From positions 350,173 through 414,172 of the forward strand of contig JAIQGF010000011.1 in assembly GCA_020072845.1 (NCBI GenBank): DNA of 64,000 nt, given 5' to 3'. The translations under genes were made by a program, and so were the position numbers. The DNA comes from Terriglobia bacterium (GTDB lineage: Bacteria; Acidobacteriota; Terriglobia; Terriglobales; Acidobacteriaceae). Below are positions 8,195 to 16,219 of the stretch, one piece after another. The notes under the pieces were generated by a model. That model was given only the letters and a program-made list of their open reading frames with translations, did no database searches and had not been told where the DNA came from. Each line of letters opens with the position of its first letter. Position 1 is the stretch's first letter.

Positions 8195-11035
8195 CTAGTC
8201 GAGGTCGCGCCAGTTCTTGCCCACGCCCATATCCACCAGCAGCGGGACTTTGAGCGGATGGGCCTGCTCCATCTGCTCCTTGACCAGCGCGCGCAGGCTT
8301 TCGATTTCCTCTTCCGGCGCTTCAAAGACCAACTCGTCATGGACCTGAAGCAGCATGCGCGACTGGAGTTTTTGTTCGCGCAGCAGGCGGTCAATGCGGA
8401 TCATGGCGATCTTGATGAGGTCGGCGGCGGTGCCCTGCAGCGGGGTGTTGACGGCGGTGCGCTCGGCGAAGCCGCGGAGGTTGGAGTTCTTGCTGAGAAT
8501 GTCGGGAATGGGGCGCACGCGGCCGAACAGCGTGGTCACCTTCTGGTCGCGCCTCGCCTGCGCCAGGGTCTGGTCGATGAAGCGGCGCACGCCCTGGTAT
8601 TTTTCGAAATACGCATCAATGTAGGCTTTGGCCTCCTTGGTGTCGATGCCCAGCGTCTGGGAGAGCCCGAAGGCCGAGAGGCCGTAGACGATGCCGAAGT
8701 TCACCACCTTGGCGCGGCGGCGATGCTCGGAGTCCACCATGAGCGGGGGCACGCCAAAGACCTGCGAGGCGGTGAGGGTGTGAATGTCGTCGCCGCGGCG
8801 GAACGCCTCCACCAGCAGCCGGTCTTCGGAGAAGTGCGCCAGCAGGCGGAGTTCGATCTGCGAGTAATCGGCCGCCAGCAGCAGGCAGCCGGGCTCGGCG
8901 ATGAAGGCGGCGCGGATTTCGCGCCCCAGCTCGGTGCGGACGGGAATGTTCTGCAGGTTCGGGTTCTTCGAGGAGAGGCGGCCGGTGGCAGTGTTGGTCT
9001 GATCGAAGGTGGTGTGCAGGCGGCGCGTGACAGGGTTGAGCAGCAGCGGCAGCGCGTCCACGTAGGTGGACTTCAGCTTTGAGAGCTGGCGGTAGGAGAG
9101 CACCAGGCGCGGTATTTCGTGCGCGGCGGCGAGGTCCTGCAACACGTCCACGGCGGTGGAGATGGTCTTGCCCTTGCCGTACTTCATCGGCCTCGGCAGG
9201 TTGAGCTTGTTGAACAGAATGTCGCCGAGCTGCTTGGGAGAGTTGATGTTGAACACCTGCCCCGCAAGTTCGTAGATCTGGCGCGCCACCGACTGGCAGT
9301 CGCGATCCAGGCGACTCGACATTTCGGCCAAAACGTCGCAATCGATTTTCACGCCGGCGTCTTCCATGCGCGCCAGTACGGGCACGAGCGGGAGATCGAT
9401 TTCGTCGTAAAGCTTCTTCAGCCCGGCCTGCTCGACTTTTTCGCGCAGGGAGGAGGCGAGGCGGCCGGTGACGTCGGCGGCTTCGGGAAGCGATCCACCC
9501 AGCTTGAGGTTGAAGTGGCGCAGCGCGACCTGGGGCAGCTCGTGGTTGGAGTAGGTGGGGTCGAGCAGGTAGGAGTAGAGCATGGGGTCGTGCTCGACGC
9601 CGGCGAGTTCGAAGGCCACGTTTTCAGGGCCACCCGAGAGCGCGTGCAGGGCGGCCTTGTAATCGTGAATGGATTTCGCAAGGGTGGGATCGGCGAGAGC
9701 CTTTTTCACGCGCGTGGCGGCGGGACCGCCGTCGAGGGAAATTGACAGCGCATGGCCGGGATGGGCGGAGATGGCGAGCCTGTCGGGCGCGGCGGTCACT
9801 TCGGGGACAGCGGGCTCGTCCAGGAGCGACAAGGGTGGGGCAACCGTGGTTTCGTTTTCAGCGATTTCGTCTTCTTCTGTCGCGGGCGAGGGCGCCTGCG
9901 CTCCATCAGCTTGCTGCACAGCGATGGCGAGTGGGGCGTGCTTGCTCACCGACCGGAGCACGCTTTCCACGTCGGCGGCGGATGTGGCGTCGCGGTAATC
10001 GGTCTCGCCGAGCTCGACGCCCGAAGGCAGAAATTCCTTCAGCAGCGTGTTGAACTCCAGCTCGGCAAACAGTTCGCGGCAGGCGGCGGCGTCAGGCTCG
10101 ACGGCGCGCATGGGCTCCAGGTCCAGCGTGACCGGGACATTGGCATCGATGGTGGCCAGCTGCTTCGACCACAGAATCTGCTCGCGATAATTCTGCAGCG
10201 ACTCGCGGTAAGTTTTCTTCTCGATTTCGGCGGCGTGCTCCAGGGCATTCTCCACCGAGCCGAAGCGCTGGATAATGTCCACCGAGCCCTTGTCGCCGAT
10301 GCCGGGCGCGCCGGGAATATTGTCAATCGCGTCGCCGCGCAGCGCCATGACGTCCACCACGCGCGCGGGCGGCACGCCGAGAATCTCCTCGACCTTGGGC
10401 GGATCGCAAATCAGGTTGTCCTTGGGCGGATTGAGGACGCAGATCCGGTCGTTGACAAGCTGCAGCATGTCCTTGTCGTTGGAAACCACGTAGACGGTGT
10501 GTGACTGCGCGGCGGCCTGGCGGGCGAGGGTGCCGATGACGTCGTCGGCCTCGTAGCCCGACATCTCGAGGATGGGAATGCGGTAGGCCTCGAGCAGGCG
10601 GCGGATGTGGGGAATCTGCTGCGCCAGGTCGGCGGGCATTTCCGCGCGCTGCGCCTTGTAGCCCTTGTACTCCTGCTGCTGGAAGGTTTGCGTTTTCAGG
10701 TCGAACTTGCCGACAGCGGACATTTGCGCGGCTTGCTGGTCGCGGAAGGTGGGCGCAGCCACGTCGAAGACGGCGGCGCGGTACTCGGGGGCGAAATCCT
10801 TCACCAGCTTGAGCAGCATGTTGGTGAACACGAAGGTGGCGCTGGTGGGAACGCCCGTTTTCGTGCTCATCGGCCGCTGGCGCGCCATGGCGTGATAGGC
10901 GCGGAAGATGAACGACATGGCGTCAATCAGGAAGATGCGCGGCTTGCCGGCCGTGTGGCGCGGGTCTCCGACCCGCGTTTCCACGCGCTGGTCCGCGGGG
11001 GCGGGGTCCTGAACGGATTTATTGCGTGGAGGCAA
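8195..11035 (-). CDS. polA: DNA polymerase I
   Basis: 5'-nuclease N-domain (IFLIDAMSFIFRAYHA), 3'-5' exonuclease region and polymerase motifs (DYSQIELR, QVHDEL). The start is TTG at 11035 or GTG at 10984, uncertain. Confidence 0.95.
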   Translation of the reverse strand: MPPRNKSVQDPAPADQRVETRVGDPRHTAGKPRIFLIDAMSFIFRAYHAMARQRPMSTKTGVPTSATFVFTNMLLKLVKDFAPEYRAAVFDVAAPTFRDQQAAQMSAVGKFDLKTQTFQQQEYKGYKAQRAEMPADLAQQIPHIRRLLEAYRIPILEMSGYEADDVIGTLARQAAAQSHTVYVVSNDKDMLQLVNDRICVLNPPKDNLICDPPKVEEILGVPPARVVDVMALRGDAIDNIPGAPGIGDKGSVDIIQRFGSVENALEHAAEIEKKTYRESLQNYREQILWSKQLATIDANVPVTLDLEPMRAVEPDAAACRELFAELEFNTLLKEFLPSGVELGETDYRDATSAADVESVLRSVSKHAPLAIAVQQADGAQAPSPATEEDEIAENETTVAPPLSLLDEPAVPEVTAAPDRLAISAHPGHALSISLDGGPAATRVKKALADPTLAKSIHDYKAALHALSGGPENVAFELAGVEHDPMLYSYLLDPTYSNHELPQVALRHFNLKLGGSLPEAADVTGRLASSLREKVEQAGLKKLYDEIDLPLVPVLARMEDAGVKIDCDVLAEMSSRLDRDCQSVARQIYELAGQVFNINSPKQLGDILFNKLNLPRPMKYGKGKTISTAVDVLQDLAAAHEIPRLVLSYRQLSKLKSTYVDALPLLLNPVTRRLHTTFDQTNTATGRLSSKNPNLQNIPVRTELGREIRAAFIAEPGCLLLAADYSQIELRLLAHFSEDRLLVEAFRRGDDIHTLTASQVFGVPPLMVDSEHRRRAKVVNFGIVYGLSAFGLSQTLGIDTKEAKAYIDAYFEKYQGVRRFIDQTLAQARRDQKVTTLFGRVRPIPDILSKNSNLRGFAERTAVNTPLQGTAADLIKIAMIRIDRLLREQKLQSRMLLQVHDELVFEAPEEEIESLRALVKEQMEQAHPLKVPLLVDMGVGKNWRDLD
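10953..10977 (-). repeat. hairpin+CCACAC element copy inside the polA 5' end
   Basis: Minus-strand sequence CGCGGGTCGGAGACCCGCGCCACAC. Same element as at 50964, 51898 and 59152. Confidence 0.8.
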
Positions 11036-11041
11036 CAGATT

Positions 11042-11047
11042 AGTTTA
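11042..11047 (-). promoter_or_regulatory. -10-like hexamer TAAACT 6 nt upstream of the polA TTG
   Basis: Minus strand reads TAAACT AATCTG TTG. No SD in between. Confidence 0.2.
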
Positions 11048-11086
11048 GCAAGGGTGAGCGAGGTCGGCGAGGGGCAGTCGCGTGAG

Positions 11087-11197
11087 GTGCCGCGCCGCTG
11101 GCGCTCGCAGTTCTTTATGCCGCAACCCACCGCTGCCGCCCTTCGACTTCGCTCAGGGCAGGCTCTGGGCTAACGAATTCCGCCGCTCCGCGGCTGG
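11087..11197 (+). repeat. three-hairpin dispersed element, copy E1 (carries a nested insertion)
   Basis: GTGCCGCGCCGCTGGCGCTCG ... CCCACCGCTGCCGC[insert]GGGCTAACGAATTCCGCCGCTCCGCGGCTGG. Confidence 0.85.
11140..11166 (+). repeat. CTTCGACTTCGCTCAGGGCAGGCTC element nested within E1
   Basis: It replaces the GGT of hairpin 2 when E1 is compared with E2, E3 and E4. Same motif as at 46008-46040 and 55019-55045. Confidence 0.75.
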
Positions 11198-11234
11198 TAT
11201 CTGCTCAGCAGGGAAATCAACCATCGGTCGTGTT

Positions 11235-11322
11235 CACACGCGAGGGCGCGTGTGCCACGTGGGTTCACGTTCGAGGGCGAACGCGCTCCAACAACATCAG
11301 CGTGTATCTGCGTGTATCAGCG
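11235..11322 (+). repeat. AGGG-loop mini-hairpin modules (intergenic cluster)
   Basis: CACGCG-AGGG-CGCGTG TGCCAC and GTTCG-AGGG-CGAAC GCGCTCCAAC. Same modules as at 13241-13353. Confidence 0.75.
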
Positions 11323-11323
11323 G

Positions 11324-11905
11324 CTAGGATTTCTTCCCGTACTGTGTCGTATAGCCGAGCTTGATTTCGCCGCAGGTGCCCTGCTCCTCGGAATAGACGA
11401 CGCAGGAGTCGAAGGGCTTGGAGTAGATGTGCAGGCTGACGGCGCGCTGCATGAACTCGCGCGGGTTGGACACCTTGTGCACCGGCTGGGCGGGATCGAC
11501 GGCGCAGCACTGCGCGGGATTCATTTCTTGCAGGTCGGTCGGCTCGATTTTGCAGGTTCCGGCGGCGAGGTTTTCGGCGAGAGTGCGGTAGTTCTGCACC
11601 AGCAGGCGTCCGACGGGCACGGCCATCCAGCAGTTCTGCTGGTGGTGGTTGTGGATGGAGCTGCCCTGGCCGATTTCCCAGCAGATGGCAACCAGCTCTT
11701 ACAGCGGCGTTTTGTCAATCAGGTTGCGGGTGTAGTGCTGGCGGTCCCAGACCAGATAGGGCGCGAGCGTGTCCGGCTCGATGGGATGCGAGTTGAGGAA
11801 GCGCTGCAGTTGCGTGACCTCGAGGAAAGCGGATTCGGGGAACTTGCGCAGTTCGCGGACGAAGTCCTGGATGGAACAGGCGTTCACGGCCGGCTGAGTG
11901 CTCAC
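11324..11905 (-). pseudogene. cysteine dioxygenase type I-like cupin gene interrupted by an in-frame TAA
   Basis: ORFs 11699-12013 and 11324-11626 are in the same frame. The joined translation reads ...YTRNLIDKTPL*ELVAICWEIGQGSSIHNHHQQNCW... (cupin HxH motif). Stop codon at 11699-11701. GTG start at 11905 with a GGAGG SD. Confidence 0.7.
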
Positions 11906-11967
11906 GGGCGTCCTCCCCCACAAGGCCCTCATTGTGCCACGGAACAAGGTGGCAGTGTTTCGCAAAT

Positions 11968-12055
11968 GTGCCGCGCCTCCGGCGCTCACGCCATTCAACA
12001 TCACGGGACCCACCGCTGCCGCGGTGGGCTAACGAATACCGCCGCTCCGCGGCTG
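11968..12055 (+). repeat. three-hairpin dispersed element, copy E2
   Basis: GTGCCGCGCC...CCCACCGCTGCCGCGGTGGGCTAACGAATACCGCCGCTCCGCGGCTGA. Confidence 0.85.
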
Positions 12056-12115
12056 ATTTCCGCGCCGGTCTAGTGTGGTGCGGCTGGCTTAGAATGCGTC
12101 GGAGGGGTCAACAAC

Positions 12116-12823
12116 GTGAACGACAAGAAACGGCTGCTGCTGATCAGCAATTCCACGCAGCACGGGCGCGGCTACCTGGAACACGCGGAGCAAGAGTTGC
12201 GGGATTTTCTGGGCGGCGTCAAGCGCGTGCTGTTTGTACCCTACGCGCTGAAGGACCGCGACGGGTACGCGGAAATAGCGCGGGCAAGGTTTTCGCAGAT
12301 GGGCTTCGCGCTGGAATCGATCCATCGCGCGCCCGACGCGCGGAAAGCGGTGGAGAACGCGGAGGCCATCTTCATCGGCGGCGGCAACACGTTTCGCCTG
12401 CTGAAGACGCTCTACGAATACGGGCTGCTGGAGCCGATTCGCCTCCGGGTGGAAGGCGGAATGCCTTACATCGGGGCGAGCGCGGGATCGGTGGTGGCGT
12501 GTCCGACGATTAAGACGACCAACGACATGCCCATTGTCGAACCCCCGAGCCTGACGGCGCTGGCGCTGGTACCGTTTCAGATCAATGCGCATTATCTCGA
12601 TCCCGACCCGAATTCCACCCACATGGGTGAAACGCGCGAGGTGCGCTTGCGCGAATTTCACGAGGAGAATGAAACGCCGGTGGTGGGAATCCGCGAGGGA
12701 TCAATGCTGCGGGTCGAGAACGGCGCGACGACGCTGAAGGGAACCACGGGAGCGAAGATTTTCCGGCGCGGCGAGCAGCCGGTGGAGATCGCGCCGGGGA
12801 CGGTGGTGGACCCGTTTGCGTGA
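12116..12823 (+). CDS. pepE: dipeptidase E (peptidase S51)
   Basis: GTG start with a GGAGGGG SD. RLLLISNS... and IGGGNTF motifs typical of S51. Confidence 0.9.
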   Translation: MNDKKRLLLISNSTQHGRGYLEHAEQELRDFLGGVKRVLFVPYALKDRDGYAEIARARFSQMGFALESIHRAPDARKAVENAEAIFIGGGNTFRLLKTLYEYGLLEPIRLRVEGGMPYIGASAGSVVACPTIKTTNDMPIVEPPSLTALALVPFQINAHYLDPDPNSTHMGETREVRLREFHEENETPVVGIREGSMLRVENGATTLKGTTGAKIFRRGEQPVEIAPGTVVDPFA

Positions 12824-15153
12824 ACGGGATGATGAGATCTGTTTTTGTGTGCCGCGCCGCTGGCGCTCGGTGCGCTCTTTGCCCACGTCACCCACCGCTG
12901 CCGCGGTGGGCTAACGAATTCCGGCCGCTTCGCGGCCTGGCATCGAGTTGCTTCCGCTAATTTTGCAACCTTTGATTCCGCGCCAGCGGGCTTGTAGCCT
13001 TCGAGCAAGGCGGCGGCGCGATTCAGCGCGTCGGTCAATTCCTGCAATTGCCGGGCGGCAGTGGCGGCGTCGTGGCGCTGGATGGCCTCGTTGACGCCGG
13101 GAATGGTGGAGGCCGAGTAGCCCTTCAAGTCCGCGGGCGCGTAGATGGCGTGGCGGAACCACGGACGGCGCGGCAGACCGTTGGGCAGCAGGAGCGCGCG
13201 CTCGGTGGCGAGAAGGAGTGTGTTCAGGCGTTCGGCATCCGCGGGCGAGGGCGCCCGCGCCACATTGTTCAGTGGTTCGGCACCCGCGCTCGAGGGCGAG
13301 CGCGCTCCAACTTCCAGCGAGGGCACGTGTGCCACATTCGCGTGTGCCACAAGCTCATTGATCGCGGCGCCGGCCTGAGCGAAGCGGCGGGCGGCGGCGC
13401 GGGCGGGCTTGAAGCTGGGCGCCTGGTCGCCGAGATGCTCGGCCGCATTCTTCTCCGCACCGTCAAGATAAGTGGCAATTTCCTTGCCGTAGGCCTCGTA
13501 GTCGTAGGGCAGCACATCAGCCTCGGCCATGCGCAGCACCTGCAGGCCGTACACGCGCGCGATTTCCTGGGTGTAAAGAAAATTGGTGTCGCCGAATTTC
13601 TTGTACCAGGCGAAATTGTCGAAGACCGAGTGGTACACGCCGTAATCGCCGCCGGAGCGAATGTCGGTGGCGGGCACGCCGGAGTGGTCGAGGAAGGAAG
13701 TGAAGTCGGATCCGCTGCCGAGATTGCCAACCGGCGGCTCGGCCGGCGCGTTCGCCGTGGGTGAGTTCTCGCGGCGCGCCGCGGTGCGCCAGGCGTCGTA
13801 AAGCGTGCCGCCCTTGGGACTAGGAACGATTTTGGTGATATCGCGCAGGAAGCCGCGCAGGCTGGGCACCGCCGAGGCACGGAAATTCGGGCCGGAAGCG
13901 CCCGTGTCCAGGTTGAAGTAGGCGGCCGCACTCTCCAGTTCCTTCTCGTGTTGCTCCAGCCATTCGGTGGAGCCGAGCAGGCCCTGCTCCTCGGCGTCCC
14001 AACTGGCGAAGATGATGGTGCGGGTGGGGCGCCAGCCGGTGCGCAGCAAACGGCCGATGCCGCGCGCCGCTTCCAGCATGGCGGTGGTGCCGCTGATGGG
14101 GTCCACCGCGCCGTAGACCCAGGCGTCGCGATGCGCGCCGGCGATGACCCACTGGTCCGGCCAGCGCGTGCCGCGGACGCGCGCGATCACGTCCCAGATG
14201 GCGCGATAGCCGAAATCCTGCTTCAAGTGCAGCTTGACGCGCACCGGCCCCGGCCCGACATGGTAGGTAAAGGGCAGCGCGCCCTGCCACTCGCGCGGCG
14301 ACTCGGTCCCGCCCAACGCCTGCAGAATGGGCGATGCATCGTGATACGACAGAGGTGTGGTGGGGATTTTCGGAATGTCGGGCGAGGTTTGCGGGCTGAC
14401 GCGTTTGGCGCCGGGCGTGGACGGCCAGCCGGGCGTGGTGGGATCGCCGAGATGCTCGAATCCGAACGCGATGGTGCCGCGCTGCACGGCGGTATCGGGC
14501 CGCCACGGGCCGTTGGGATAAATGTCGCCGCGGAAATAGCCGTCGTCCATCGGATCGGAATAAATGAGCATACCGGCGGCGCCGGTCTCCTGCGCCATAT
14601 ACACCTTGACGCCGCGGAAATTCTCGCCGTAACGCACCAGCACGATCTTGCCGCGCACGTCCACGCCCATGTCTTTGAGCTGCTGGAAATCCTCGGGGCG
14701 GCCGTAGTTGGCGTAGACCACTTCGGCCTCGACGTCACCGGAAGGCGAGTAGGCACTGAACGGCATGACGACGCGCGGGTCGTCCTGGAAGGGGTCGCCC
14801 TCGACGTGCTCGCGGGTGGGCCCGTGCATGATCGCGCCGGCGGGCGTGAATGCGTCGACGCTGACCTCGACGGGAGAGTTCATCCAGACTTTGTATTCGA
14901 CGATCTCGGTGTCGAAGCCCCACTCGCGGAACTTGCGGGCGACGTAATCGGCGGTCTTGCGGTCCTCGGGCGTGCCGGCCATGTGCGGCGCGGCGGTCAG
15001 GATTTTCATGTGCTGCTCGGCCTGGCGCGGGTCGGGCACGGCAAGGAACTGCTGCTCGATGGAAGCAGGAGGCGCCGGCGCGGGCGGCGGCGCTTGCGCG
15101 ACCAGCGTCGCGCAGAGAAGAAGCACCAGGATTGCGGCCGGACGAAGACGCAT
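12658..15153 (-). CDS. M28-family peptidase, glutamate carboxypeptidase II / transferrin-receptor-like
   Basis: Signal peptide MRLRPAAILVLLL, PA and M28 domains, and a TfR-like dimerisation region (LPRRPWFRHAIYAP). The 3' end reads through repeat E3 and overlaps pepE antisense by 166 bp, so the true stop is uncertain. Confidence 0.85.
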   Translation of the reverse strand: MRLRPAAILVLLLCATLVAQAPPPAPAPPASIEQQFLAVPDPRQAEQHMKILTAAPHMAGTPEDRKTADYVARKFREWGFDTEIVEYKVWMNSPVEVSVDAFTPAGAIMHGPTREHVEGDPFQDDPRVVMPFSAYSPSGDVEAEVVYANYGRPEDFQQLKDMGVDVRGKIVLVRYGENFRGVKVYMAQETGAAGMLIYSDPMDDGYFRGDIYPNGPWRPDTAVQRGTIAFGFEHLGDPTTPGWPSTPGAKRVSPQTSPDIPKIPTTPLSYHDASPILQALGGTESPREWQGALPFTYHVGPGPVRVKLHLKQDFGYRAIWDVIARVRGTRWPDQWVIAGAHRDAWVYGAVDPISGTTAMLEAARGIGRLLRTGWRPTRTIIFASWDAEEQGLLGSTEWLEQHEKELESAAAYFNLDTGASGPNFRASAVPSLRGFLRDITKIVPSPKGGTLYDAWRTAARRENSPTANAPAEPPVGNLGSGSDFTSFLDHSGVPATDIRSGGDYGVYHSVFDNFAWYKKFGDTNFLYTQEIARVYGLQVLRMAEADVLPYDYEAYGKEIATYLDGAEKNAAEHLGDQAPSFKPARAAARRFAQAGAAINELVAHANVAHVPSLEVGARSPSSAGAEPLNNVARAPSPADAERLNTLLLATERALLLPNGLPRRPWFRHAIYAPADLKGYSASTIPGVNEAIQRHDAATAARQLQELTDALNRAAALLEGYKPAGAESKVAKLAEATRCQAAKRPEFVSPPRQRWVTWAKSAPSASGAAHKNRSHHPVHANGSTTVPGAISTGCSPRRKIFAPVVPFSVVAPFSTRSIDPSRIPTTGVSFSS
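12849..12940 (+). repeat. three-hairpin dispersed element, copy E3
   Basis: GTGCCGCGCCGCTGGCGCTCG...CCCACCGCTGCCGCGGTGGGCTAACGAATTCCGGCCGCTTCGCGGCCTGG. Confidence 0.85.
13241..13353 (+). repeat. AGGG/GGG-loop mini-hairpin modules embedded in the M28 peptidase CDS
   Basis: GGGCGCCCGCGCCACAT, GCGCTCG-AGGG-CGAGCGC TCCAAC and GAGGGCACGTGTGCCACAT. Encodes VAHANVAHVPSLEVGARSPSSAGAEPLNNVARAPSP on the minus strand. Confidence 0.75.
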
Positions 15154-15256
15154 ACGCTCACATCGGCAAACCTCGAGTGTAAAGGGAAAGTTGCGAGGCA
15201 CGCAAAATCCTGATGCCCGCGATTCAGAAGATTTATGACAGTTTCACGCGGTTTTA

Positions 15257-16126
15257 ATGTCGTTCGCGGCGCTGGCGAATCTAATGGTGGATATGGCCGA
15301 CAAGCTCATAAAACGGTACTTATTCGCCAGCGACTTTGACCAGACGCTGAGCTTCAATGATTCGGGGCACGTTCTAAGCGAACTGCTCGGCATTCCGCCC
15401 GAGGAGTTCAAACGCAAGGCCACCGGGATGGCGAAGCTGAACCTGGTGCAGCAAGGGGCGGAGTTGGCGTACCTGCTGTTGCACGACCCGCAGTTCCGCC
15501 GCTGCCGGCGCGAGCACCTGCACCAAGTCGGGAAGCGCATTCCGCTGAAGGAGAATATCGGGCTGCTGTACCAGATCCTGGCCAGCGGCATTGATGGTTA
15601 TCATTTCGATTTCTTCGTGCTGTCGGCGGCGCCGGTGGAGATCGTGCAGTCGGCGCTGGAAGGAATTGTGCCGGCGGACCACATCTACGGCTCGGAATTC
15701 CAGTACAACAGCGCGGGCGAGATCGAGAGGATCGTGCGCACCACCGCGGGCTACGGCAAGGTCGCCTGCCTCGACCAACTGCAGGCCAGGCTGCAGATCG
15801 GGCCCGACCATGTCATCTTCGCCGGCGACGGCAGCTCCGATGTCCACGCCATGCTGCACGTGAACGGGCGGGATGGATTGACGATTGCGGTGTCGGAGAC
15901 GAGCAACGTGACGCAGATCGCGAAGCGCACGGTGATCAGCGCCAACGCGCTCGCCATGCTGCTGCCGATCCTGGAGAGAATCGTCGGTTGGAATCCTACG
16001 CAGATCCGGGACTTCTTCGAGTCGCATGGCCTGCTGGTGCAGGAGTGGGCCCGGGTGCGCACGGACTGGCTGACGCTCCGTCCCGCCGCGCCGCCGGAAA
16101 TCGCGCAGAGCGCAGGCGCGGAATAA
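15257..16126 (+). CDS. HAD-superfamily hydrolase (subfamily IB-like)
   Basis: DxDxT motif (SDFDQTLS) and C-terminal GDGSSD motif. Confidence 0.75.
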   Translation: MSFAALANLMVDMADKLIKRYLFASDFDQTLSFNDSGHVLSELLGIPPEEFKRKATGMAKLNLVQQGAELAYLLLHDPQFRRCRREHLHQVGKRIPLKENIGLLYQILASGIDGYHFDFFVLSAAPVEIVQSALEGIVPADHIYGSEFQYNSAGEIERIVRTTAGYGKVACLDQLQARLQIGPDHVIFAGDGSSDVHAMLHVNGRDGLTIAVSETSNVTQIAKRTVISANALAMLLPILERIVGWNPTQIRDFFESHGLLVQEWARVRTDWLTLRPAAPPEIAQSAGAE

Positions 16127-16134
16127 CGCAAAAA

Positions 16135-16219
16135 CTTAACCACGGATTGGCACGGATTCACACGGATCAGAAAATAAAGAAGTCCGATCCGCGTTCATCT
16201 GTGGCGATCCGTGGTTAAG
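16135..16219. repeat. AACCAC-decamer palindromic element (CACGGAT words)
   Basis: CTTAACCACGGATTGGCACGGATTCACACGGATC ... GATCCGCGTTCATCTGTGGCGATCCGTGGTTAAG, a near-perfect inverted repeat. Confidence 0.85.

Noticed and set aside
11699-11701. Recoding (selenocysteine or pyrrolysine) at the in-frame stop of the cupin gene
   Set aside because: The codon is TAA, not TGA or TAG, and it aligns with an aromatic or hydrophobic position rather than a catalytic Cys. A nonsense mutation or a sequence error is more parsimonious.
11968-12055. The three-hairpin element as a tRNA or tRNA-derived gene
   Set aside because: The loops are only 3-4 nt. There is no acceptor stem, no anticodon-type 7-nt loop and no T-loop GTTCRANNC consensus. 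No other tRNA-like sequence was seen in the window.
11082-12513. Short ORFs 11082-11327(+), 11252-12073(+) and 11932-12513(+), with peptides such as FDFAQGRLWANEFRRSAAG
   Set aside because: They are translations of the dispersed repeat elements E1 and E2 and of the antisense strand of the cupin gene. The same peptide strings reappear wherever the repeat occurs, which is a nucleotide-level rather than a protein-level signal.
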